From Candidatus Nitrosopelagicus sp. (lineage in GTDB: Archaea; Thermoproteota; Nitrososphaeria; Nitrososphaerales; Nitrosopumilaceae), in the NCBI GenBank assembly GCA_028345095.1, contig JAOMCQ010000004.1, forward strand, positions 12,407 to 76,406: a stretch of DNA of 64,000 bases. The letters are read 5' to 3'. The position numbers were made by a program, and so were the translations under genes. Below, piece after piece: positions 52,434 to 59,838 of this stretch. How positions within the stretch are numbered: the first letter of the stretch is position 1; each line of letters starts with the position of its first letter. The notes under the pieces are model-generated. The model made no database searches, had not been told where the DNA came from, and was given only the letters and a program-made list of their open reading frames with translations.

Positions 52434-52739
52434 ATGGCATGGACCAAAGTTGCAGAAAAAGGTGACATTCAAACTGGTACAAGTAAAGAGTTTGAAGTTG
52501 ATGGAAAGAAAATAGCGGTTTTCAATCAAGACGGATTTCATGCACTAGATGGAATATGTCAACATCAAGATGGTTCAATTGCACCAAAAGGAAAAATTGA
52601 AGGAGATATAGTAGAATGTCCATTACATTTTTGGCATTACAACATCAAGACAGGAGAATTGATGGATTATCTAAAAGGTGTCAAATTGCAAAAATATGAA
52701 GTTGATGTTCGTGATGACGGCATTTACGTTGATGCATAA
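52434..52739 (+). CDS. Rieske [2Fe-2S] ferredoxin
   Basis: CQH...CPLH. Confidence 0.93.
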   Translation: MAWTKVAEKGDIQTGTSKEFEVDGKKIAVFNQDGFHALDGICQHQDGSIAPKGKIEGDIVECPLHFWHYNIKTGELMDYLKGVKLQKYEVDVRDDGIYVDA

Positions 52740-52778
52740 TCTGGTAGACTTTTTATGAGATTATTTTAAAAAGAATTT

Positions 52779-53561
52779 GTGAACCAAAAAATTTTAGAGG
52801 CAATAAAAAACGAAGACTACAGCAGTAAAGCAAGAATAATTCAAGATAATCTGAAAGCTAAAATTTCACAATATAATGCAAAAGGTGTAATCTTTGGCTT
52901 AAGTGGAGGTATTGATTCTGCAGTCATTGCGTATCTATGTAGTAATATCATAAAAGATAAAACACTAGCAATAATAATGCCTGATTCAAAAGTTTCACCA
53001 GAATCTGAAACTAGTGATGCAATTAAGATTGTAGATAAATTAGGTTTAGATTATAAATTACTAGATATTAATTCAATTCATAAAGAATTCAGTATGGTTT
53101 TAGAACCAGATGACAGAGCGTTAGGTAATTTGAGAGCGAGGATTAGAATGAACATATTGTATTATTATGCAAATTTAAAAAATTTACTTGTATTAGGTTC
53201 AAGTGATAGAAGTGAATACAATTTAGGATATTTTACAAAATTTGGTGATGGTGCAGCTGATGTTTTACCAATTGTAACATTATACAAGACTCAAATTCGA
53301 GGAATGGCAAAATATCTAGGAATAGATGAAAACATTATTACAAAAAAGAGTAGTCCACATTTGTGGCCAAATCATGAAGCAGAACATGAAATTGGTGCAA
53401 CATATGAAGAAATTGATATCATACTTCATTGTATTTTACAGAATAAGTTGCCTATTGAAGAAGTAATCAAAGAATCAGAAATTGATGAAGAGAAAGTGCA
53501 GAAAATCTACCAATTGTACAAAAAAAGTGCACACAAACGATTTACAGCTGATATACTTTAG
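52779..53561 (+). CDS. nadE: NH3-dependent NAD+ synthetase
   Basis: GLSGGIDSA, GNLRARIRM, GYFTKFGDG. Confidence 0.95.
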   Translation: MNQKILEAIKNEDYSSKARIIQDNLKAKISQYNAKGVIFGLSGGIDSAVIAYLCSNIIKDKTLAIIMPDSKVSPESETSDAIKIVDKLGLDYKLLDINSIHKEFSMVLEPDDRALGNLRARIRMNILYYYANLKNLLVLGSSDRSEYNLGYFTKFGDGAADVLPIVTLYKTQIRGMAKYLGIDENIITKKSSPHLWPNHEAEHEIGATYEEIDIILHCILQNKLPIEEVIKESEIDEEKVQKIYQLYKKSAHKRFTADIL

Positions 53562-53569
53562 AAATATAG

Positions 53570-54970
53570 ATGAGCCAAATTAAAATTCATGACACTCTGA
53601 CAAATTCAAAGAAAAAATTAGAATTTTCAGATAAGGTAAGAATTTATCTTTGTGGAGTAACAGTTTATGATCAATCTCATATTGGACATGCCAGAACAAT
53701 AATAGTTTTTGATACATTAAGAAGATTCCTTGAAGCAAATGACATTCAAGTCGAATTAATTCAAAATTTTACAGATGTCGATGATAAAATAATTAATCGT
53801 GCAAAAGAACAAGGTGAATCTGCAAATGGCATATCAAGTAAATATATTCAAACCTACTTTGAAGATTCAGATAGATTAAACATCAGAAGGGCTACAAATT
53901 ATCCAAAAGCAACTGAACATATCGATGATATGATAAATCTAATTCAAAAATTAGTAGACAATGAATCTGCCTATGCATCTAAAAATGGAGTGTATTTTCG
54001 TGTTTCAGAATTTTCAGAGTATGGAAAATTATCAAAAAAGAAAACAGAAGATCTAGAAAGTGGTGCCAGAATAGAAGTAGATGAATCAAAAGAAAGTCCT
54101 TTAGATTTTGCATTGTGGAAATTTTCAGATGAACAACCAAACTGGGAAAGTCCATGGGGGAAAGGAAGACCAGGATGGCACATAGAATGTTCTGCAATGA
54201 GTATCAAGTATTTAGGCAAAAATTTTGAAATACATGGAGGGGGACGTGATTTAATTTTTCCTCATCATGAAAATGAAATCGCACAATCAGAATCATTTAC
54301 TTCAGAACAATTTGCAAAAATTTGGATGCATGCAGGAATGATTACCATAAATGGCGAAAAAATGTCAAAATCAATTGGAAATGTAAAGTCAATAAATCAT
54401 GTATTAGAATCATGGGGAGCAAATGTAGCAAGATTATTTTGTATTTCAGGACATTATTCAAAACCAATTGATTATACCGAAGAGCTCTTAAAAGAAAATT
54501 TAATCAAATTACGTCAAATTGAAACATGTTATTATGAATTAAGATTAGCAGAAAAAACGCAAGAAACTGAAGATATATCATCATTACTCAAAGAATCAAG
54601 AGAAAAATTTGATGCTGCATTAAATGATGATTTCAATACATCTTTAGGATTATCTGTATTTTTTAATATGATAAAAACAATTAACAGTCTTGCAGCAGAT
54701 GAGAAAATTACTAAAGAAAATGCAGAGATGGCATTACCTGTATTAGAGTACATGTTAGAAGTATTAGGAATTAAAATTCAAACAGTTTCCGATGAAGAAA
54801 TAGAATCTGTTTTTAAATTAATTAACAAGAGAGAAGAGTTAAGAGAACAAAAACAATTTGAAGAAGCCGACAAGGTAAGAGATGAGATTGGAAGTATGGG
54901 AATTTCATTAATTGATCATAAAAATAAAACAATCTGGATGAAAAAAGAATCAATCAAAGCAGAAAGATAA
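53570..54970 (+). CDS. cysS: Cysteinyl-tRNA synthetase
   Basis: CGVTVYD..HIGH, GRPGWHIECS, KMSKS. Confidence 0.97.
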   Translation: MSQIKIHDTLTNSKKKLEFSDKVRIYLCGVTVYDQSHIGHARTIIVFDTLRRFLEANDIQVELIQNFTDVDDKIINRAKEQGESANGISSKYIQTYFEDSDRLNIRRATNYPKATEHIDDMINLIQKLVDNESAYASKNGVYFRVSEFSEYGKLSKKKTEDLESGARIEVDESKESPLDFALWKFSDEQPNWESPWGKGRPGWHIECSAMSIKYLGKNFEIHGGGRDLIFPHHENEIAQSESFTSEQFAKIWMHAGMITINGEKMSKSIGNVKSINHVLESWGANVARLFCISGHYSKPIDYTEELLKENLIKLRQIETCYYELRLAEKTQETEDISSLLKESREKFDAALNDDFNTSLGLSVFFNMIKTINSLAADEKITKENAEMALPVLEYMLEVLGIKIQTVSDEEIESVFKLINKREELREQKQFEEADKVRDEIGSMGISLIDHKNKTIWMKKESIKAER

Positions 54971-55095
54971 TAAGACAATTTATGGATAATATTTAATAAT
55001 CATTTTAACGTAATAGAATTCCATTAGTGAAAGTGCCGTTTTTTGGCAAAAAAATCGAGATGGACCTTTTTTTCCTCTCTTTTTTTACTAGTGGG

Positions 55096-55527
55096 CTATT
55101 TTATTACTAAGACAGAAGGTTTTGATTTGTGTAAAACGAATTGGGATGTACTTCCAAAAAATAATTCTTTTGCAGAACTTCTTCCTCGAGAACCAATTAC
55201 CACCATATCAATTTTATTTTTTGATAAATTTGCAAATTTTGCAATTTCATATCCTGGATTCCCATAGACAATTTTTTGAACAAATTTAACCCCAGCCTTA
55301 TCACACTGTTTTTCTGCAATTTCCATCATGGAATCGAGTTGTTTTTTATGATCTTTGTTAAAATGACCAGTGGTATCAAAATCACCTTTTGGAGATGCAT
55401 ACACAGAATGTAATGCAATAATTTTAGCATCACACATTTTTGCAAGATAAATTGCAGAAGATAGACCTCTAAACGAATTTTTAGAATTATCAAGAGGAAC
55501 CAAGATTCTATTAACAGATATTGTCAT
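55096..55527 (-). CDS. Universal stress protein (start at ATG 55527)
   Basis: ILVPLDNS, VIGSRG...FFGSTS..V. Confidence 0.92.
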   Translation of the reverse strand: MTISVNRILVPLDNSKNSFRGLSSAIYLAKMCDAKIIALHSVYASPKGDFDTTGHFNKDHKKQLDSMMEIAEKQCDKAGVKFVQKIVYGNPGYEIAKFANLSKNKIDMVVIGSRGRSSAKELFFGSTSQFVLHKSKPSVLVIK

Positions 55528-55562
55528 GTTAGAAAGTATTTGAAAGGTATTTAAAAAAGAGG

Positions 55563-55574
55563 CGCCGGGAGAGG
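55563..55574. repeat. Attachment site (duplicated tRNA-Ser 3' end)
   Basis: CGCCGGGAGAGG identical to 59839-59850. Confidence 0.88.
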
Positions 55575-55614
55575 ACATAGCTAAATCCGTTAGACGCCCT
55601 CTTTTACCCACGCC

Positions 55615-55641
55615 TAAAAAAAGAAAAGTTTCGCCCTTTTC
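55615..55641 (-). terminator. Putative terminator of the capsid-like gene
   Basis: Minus strand GAAAAG-GGCGAAA-CTTTTC followed by a T-run just after the stop codon. Confidence 0.5.
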
Positions 55642-55648
55642 GTAATAC

Positions 55649-55912
55649 TTACAGCATTTTGACTACTGTTAGAATTACCACAGCCGCAACTACTATCAAC
55701 ACTATAACTAATAGTGCGAAGGCAGACTGAGTCTGTTCATTTTGGTCTTCACAAGCTGAAGCCCATCCTGTGTGTGTTGGTGGACTGGCAGTTGAATAAC
55801 CTGGCAAGTCTGAACAATCTGCGACAGAGTTTCCTAGAATCTGAACTGAGATTCCTAAAAGGATCGCAATGCCCACAAATGCTCCAACTAATGCTTGGAT
55901 GTTATTTTCCAT
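55649..55912 (-). CDS. Putative major capsid protein of spindle-shaped-virus type (two hydrophobic helices)
   Basis: NNIQALVGAFVGIAILLGISVQILGN ... FALLVIVLIVVAAVVILTVVKML; architecture of SSV1 VP1/His1/NSV-type MCPs. Confidence 0.7.
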   Translation of the reverse strand: MENNIQALVGAFVGIAILLGISVQILGNSVADCSDLPGYSTASPPTHTGWASACEDQNEQTQSAFALLVIVLIVVAAVVILTVVKML

Positions 55913-55932
55913 ATTGAAACCAAATTCTAGAA

Positions 55933-55969
55933 TCTTTTAACACACTCGAAACTCGAGTGTCTTTTAAGT
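55933..55969. promoter_or_regulatory. Divergent TATA boxes flanking a perfect 8-bp inverted repeat (putative operator)
   Basis: ACACTCGA-AAC-TCGAGTGT (55942-55960) between CTTTTAA and TTTTAAGT. Confidence 0.6.
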
Positions 55970-55978
55970 TAAAATTAT

Positions 55979-56338
55979 TTGAAAACTTTTGTCGTGAAAA
56001 ATAGTAAACTCTTATTCAAAACGTGGGATGATTCATTCTATCGAACAACTCGCTGTGATAAGTGTAGAGTATTTTTAACGGCAACATCATACACACACGA
56101 CACACAAGAATACTGTGTGGCTTGGAGTACATCTTCAAGTCATTCAAAGGGATGGTTATGTCATAGCTGTGCTACGAAGCCTCCAACTCCTAAGTCCAAA
56201 AGAGAAAGAGCCTTTACAACGTACGAACAGCTTGACAACTATCTCATTTATCGAATAAAGAAAGAGAAAGAACTATGGTTTGGTAAAAAGAAAGACAAAA
56301 CTGGCAATTATACATCAGTTAATGATGATATGTTGTGA
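55979..56338 (+). CDS. Element-encoded CxxC-CxxC Zn-finger protein (probable GTG start 55994)
   Basis: CDKC...CHSC, basic C-terminus; only plausible + strand gene in the element. Confidence 0.65.
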   Translation: MKTFVVKNSKLLFKTWDDSFYRTTRCDKCRVFLTATSYTHDTQEYCVAWSTSSSHSKGWLCHSCATKPPTPKSKRERAFTTYEQLDNYLIYRIKKEKELWFGKKKDKTGNYTSVNDDML

Positions 56339-56488
56339 TTTTAACTGCAAAGTCCAATTTTTAGAAGAAAACAAAAACAAATCAATTATTTTGTTTACTA
56401 AATAGGCACTAGAGCAAACCTTTGTATTTTATATGAGACTAAATGCCTCGCTTGATTTCCGTTTTTTAGCGTAAATTTATGATAACTT

Positions 56489-56536
56489 GAATAGACCGAC
56501 TAGAAAGAAGGTAGGATAAATTCTAGTCGTCTATTC
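56489..56536. repeat. Inverted repeat downstream of rep (candidate rolling-circle origin)
   Basis: GAATAGACCGACTAGAA...TTCTAGTCGTCTATTC: 16 bp with a 1-nt bulge, 15-nt loop. Confidence 0.6.
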
Positions 56537-56588
56537 TGTCGGAATGACTAATTCATCTCAGTGGATCAAATAGATAAACTATAAGAAA

Positions 56589-57737
56589 TTAAAATTCTGT
56601 TATCTTTCTGCTTGTAATAGAAGTATAATGTTTCATTAAACTTCTTTCATATTTTTTCATGGTTCTATTTGCTTGACTTGTATTTGCAAACATAACATCC
56701 TCAAATGAATAAATCATTTCTTCAACAATACTCTTAGGATTAGAATCATCTACCAAATCGTAAAATGGGATTTTATCATCTTCGTCAAATGAAATATTTT
56801 GAAATATTCCATGTTTTATCAATCCTGTAAATCCTATCAATTTCCCTTGCTCATCTTTTTCAAATAATGGTGGGGGTTCATGTTCTGACTGTGGAACTAG
56901 GATTCCTATCGTTAATGGCAAATGGCAATATGGACAAACATGAGTTTCAGGTTCTTTCTCAACTTTTAGATTCCTATATGATATATCGCCTAGATACCTA
57001 ACAGTATGAGTTGATTTTCTCACGCCACAATGAGAAAGCAAATATCTGATATTTGAGAAAAGTTCGACATCTGTTTTCATTGGATGGAAATTAGTAATTG
57101 TCCAATTCATCTTTGTATGAGCCATTTTGTTATAAAATTCAGTTGTGTTTGTTATCTTTCCATATACAACACAATGAAAATGAGGACTAACGTAAGGAAT
57201 CATTTTATCTTTATCAGCAAATCTGAAAGGATGAAAAACAACACAAGCAGTTTTGATATTAGCAATTTTTAGTGCAAAGTCTAAATTCTTTTTCAATTCT
57301 TTGTAAGTCATTTTTTGTGCTTTACTTGGATCAGGACTTAGAACAACGTGTTTGAAATGCCACTGTTTTTTGATGGTCTTTCCATTGGCTAATTCTATTG
57401 GTATTTTCATAAACTTTGAAACTCGCCTAGTGGTTCTACTGGCTTGACGACTTACCCAAGAATCAAAGCATAATGGACAGTTTGAAACCTTGCAGGTTTT
57501 TTGTTCATTATGAAGATAATCAGATTTTCCAGGATGGGATTTATGATTATCACATAGGTATGAAACCCATTTTTGACAGTATTGTTTTGATTGACCTTGA
57601 CCAATTAACTTGAAGCCATCAAATGAGACTTCTTTCCAATCTTGAGAAAATCTACAAGCATCATAGTAAATCTTGTAGAGTTGTTTTTTCTCGGTATAGT
57701 TTGCGGTTTTAGGACATACGGTTTTTTTCAATCCCAT
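56589..57737 (-). CDS. rep: HUH rolling-circle replication initiator, IS91/SNJ1-RepA-like
   Basis: N-terminal Zn motif C...C...TCKVSNCPLC; motif I FKHVVLS; FHPFR...SPHFHCVV (HUH); motif III RYLLSH; CPYC. Confidence 0.85.
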   Translation of the reverse strand: MGLKKTVCPKTANYTEKKQLYKIYYDACRFSQDWKEVSFDGFKLIGQGQSKQYCQKWVSYLCDNHKSHPGKSDYLHNEQKTCKVSNCPLCFDSWVSRQASRTTRRVSKFMKIPIELANGKTIKKQWHFKHVVLSPDPSKAQKMTYKELKKNLDFALKIANIKTACVVFHPFRFADKDKMIPYVSPHFHCVVYGKITNTTEFYNKMAHTKMNWTITNFHPMKTDVELFSNIRYLLSHCGVRKSTHTVRYLGDISYRNLKVEKEPETHVCPYCHLPLTIGILVPQSEHEPPPLFEKDEQGKLIGFTGLIKHGIFQNISFDEDDKIPFYDLVDDSNPKSIVEEMIYSFEDVMFANTSQANRTMKKYERSLMKHYTSITSRKITEF

Positions 57738-57832
57738 TCCCTCCTTGACAATCGAATCCTAACGAGACATTCTTCTATCGTTAACTGCTTGTACTTTTTT
57801 GCAACAGTTGGTTTAGCGAATAACCAATTCAA
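57728..57832 (-). CDS. 34-aa micro-ORF overlapping the rep start
   Basis: TTG start after GAGGTAGGGG; MNWLFAKPTVAKKYKQLTIEECLVRIRLSRREWD. Confidence 0.4.
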   Translation of the reverse strand: MNWLFAKPTVAKKYKQLTIEECLVRIRLSRREWD

Positions 57833-57905
57833 ACAGAATCGCCCCTACCTCTCGTCTTCCGCTTTTTTCTGCTGTGTTTTCCTGGATGGTATTGATAACC
57901 GACAT
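57813..57905 (-). CDS. 30-aa micro-ORF
   Basis: MSVINTIQENTAEKSGRREVGAILFELVIR, between the Zn-finger gene and the 34-aa ORF. Confidence 0.35.
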   Translation of the reverse strand: MSVINTIQENTAEKSGRREVGAILFELVIR

Positions 57906-57917
57906 ACTGTAAGAAAT

Positions 57918-58106
57918 TCAAAATGGTTTCTCCTTGAAATTCTGTTTTACAGTTTGAACAATAGGATCAAATAATTCGTTAGGATGTTGGACAGCACAAT
58001 GACATTTTAGTCTCCATAAATTATGATAATTTTTTTGTGAATATCCTTTCTTGATACAAAACGGACAATGAATCTCAACTTCTCGAAGGAATACAGAAGG
58101 AATCAA
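57918..58106 (-). CDS. C2H2-type Zn-finger protein
   Basis: CPFC...L..H....H; GGAGG SD-like motif upstream. Confidence 0.75.
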   Translation of the reverse strand: MIPSVFLREVEIHCPFCIKKGYSQKNYHNLWRLKCHCAVQHPNELFDPIVQTVKQNFKEKPF

Positions 58107-58243
58107 AAGTCATCCTCCTGTTGTTTTTTACCGTACAACCATGTGCCAAATTGTCTGACTTCGCTAAGTAAAACTAGTAATTCTAAGTCTTGGCATTTCC
58201 GACCAATTTTTTTTCGAATGTCGCCCTTTGTTATATTTTTCAA
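58103..58243 (-). CDS. 46-aa micro-ORF coupled to the C2H2 gene
   Basis: MKNITKGDIRKKIGRKCQDLELLVLLSEVRQFGTWLYGKKQQEDDF; stop overlaps next start (TTGA). Confidence 0.55.
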   Translation of the reverse strand: MKNITKGDIRKKIGRKCQDLELLVLLSEVRQFGTWLYGKKQQEDDF

Positions 58244-58471
58244 GTTTCTGTTGTTTTACCAACAGTGAGACATTTCGAAAAGTTAGGAAAGAGAAACTAA
58301 CGTCTCACTGTCAGATTATGGAAAATAATATAATGGCAAAACGCAATTTTGTATCTTCCCTAACTTCTAAACTATAATCTGAGTTTTTTTACTTAAACAT
58401 TACACCTATTGTGTGTCAACAAAGTGTGAACATAATTGATCTTTCTATTACAGTTTTATGAGGTAGTTCGG

Positions 58472-59794
58472 TTAAGCTGTTTTCTGTTTAGCTAAATAAT
58501 TACTCATTATTTCCTCGAAGGGATAAGTTTCAAGGAAGTTAGAAAATTTATTGAATCTTCTTTCCATTGCTGGTTTAGCTTCGTCAAAGTCTTTCTGCCA
58601 TTGCTGAATTTCTTCAAGCTTCTGCATTAGGACATCGTCTTGCATCTGTCTTTGATTATCTTGTTTTACTGCTTCTTCGAGTGTTGTAGGTTTAGAACAT
58701 TTTGAACATAGTGCAACATCTGGAGGATTAAACATATCACAAAATTGGCATTTTATAGGCGTGTTTTCTGCTTTTTCTACCTTCTTTTTTAATCCATGAT
58801 GGCTCAGGATTGCATCTTCGACATCTGATTCAACCATGTGAACATAACGAGCAGACATTTTTGAATTTCCAGTCCATCCATGTCTTTTTCTTAATGTTGC
58901 TTCTGTCATGAAAGATGCTGTTCTTGTTGCTTCTGAATGTCTAAACAGATTAAGATTAATTTGTTTAGTTAATCCAGATCTCTTTGACAATCTCTTGAGT
59001 TTGTTATTGCAACCTGCATAAGTCCAAGCATTACCGTATGCATCTTTCTGATTATGGTCAGTTGTAATCCATAAAGGATAATCTTGATTATCTGCGAAAG
59101 GATGATGTTGATACCATGCCAAAAGATGAGGAACTGATTCAACTAATCTAATTTTTCTAGAATAAGTTTTTCCAGAAACACTGATTGTTGCTCCATATTC
59201 ATCAAACTTAACGTGTTTTAATTTCAGGGATAGAATTTCTCCAGGTCTTGTTCCTGCTTCATAATGAGCATGGATGAAGGCTTTGTCTTGAATGGTTAGA
59301 CACGCAGAAAGTAATTTCTTCAAATCATCAGATGTTAACAAATCCTCACGAACTATCTTATCTTTGACTTTATGCAGGGTAATTCCTTGTAACTCATAGA
59401 CTTCTGATTCATGAGGCTTCTTTTCTCTTTGTCCAGTCTTAAACCATCTGAAAAACAGTCTTAGAATCTTCTTCATATCATAACTAGAGTTTGATTCTTG
59501 TCCTTTGTGGTCAGCGTATGTCTCCATTATCCAGATAGTTAAATTATCAATATCATCTCGAAGGACATCTTTCCAATCTTTGTTTAATTTTCTAGTAGTC
59601 TGTAAAACTGCTTGAATGTGTTTTAGTCTTGTAGCCTTTGCAAGTGTTTGAAGCTTCATTGCTTTGTCATAATCTAAAACAGTTTGATAATTTCTTTTTG
59701 TTAAATCTCGTCTTGCAAGTGCTAAAGTCTGGGCGATCTTTTTATCATAACCATGCACTTCAATTTCGTGCCTAATGTTCGTCTGTTCAGTCAA
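58472..59794 (-). CDS. int: Tyrosine recombinase/integrase with C-terminal Zn ribbon (SNJ2-like architecture)
   Basis: GTRPGE (R), SGKT (K), NLFRH, RHGW, RYVH (Y); CQFC..CSKC; adjacent to tRNA. Confidence 0.94.
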   Translation of the reverse strand: MTEQTNIRHEIEVHGYDKKIAQTLALARRDLTKRNYQTVLDYDKAMKLQTLAKATRLKHIQAVLQTTRKLNKDWKDVLRDDIDNLTIWIMETYADHKGQESNSSYDMKKILRLFFRWFKTGQREKKPHESEVYELQGITLHKVKDKIVREDLLTSDDLKKLLSACLTIQDKAFIHAHYEAGTRPGEILSLKLKHVKFDEYGATISVSGKTYSRKIRLVESVPHLLAWYQHHPFADNQDYPLWITTDHNQKDAYGNAWTYAGCNNKLKRLSKRSGLTKQINLNLFRHSEATRTASFMTEATLRKRHGWTGNSKMSARYVHMVESDVEDAILSHHGLKKKVEKAENTPIKCQFCDMFNPPDVALCSKCSKPTTLEEAVKQDNQRQMQDDVLMQKLEEIQQWQKDFDEAKPAMERRFNKFSNFLETYPFEEIMSNYLAKQKTA

Positions 59795-59838
59795 TCCAGA
59801 TAGTATAGGTAAAGAAGGGATTTAAACGGAAAGGTCAA

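Noticed and set aside
929-54753. Many 60-130 aa ORFs antisense or out of frame within housekeeping genes (e.g. 929..1135, 11409..11714, 23935..24225, 44238..44633)
   Set aside because: Shadow ORFs of well-supported genes with no independent motifs
55528-55611. N-terminal extension of the USP ORF in the track
   Set aside because: It crosses the att site and the usp promoter; the USP fold begins at Met 55527
55649-55912. Type IV pilin/archaellin
   Set aside because: No basic class III signal peptide or cleavage motif, and there is a second C-terminal hydrophobic helix; a conjugative-type pilin cannot be fully excluded but no transfer genes are present
56589-57737. IS91-family insertion sequence
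   Set aside because: The HUH protein lies inside a tRNA-targeted, integrase-bounded unit, has a single-Tyr motif III, and no IS ends are evident; a replication initiator fits better
57642-57974. 110-aa + strand ORF (also 55714..55917, 57084..57272, 58068..58268)
   Set aside because: Antisense shadows of the minus-strand element genes with no protein-like features
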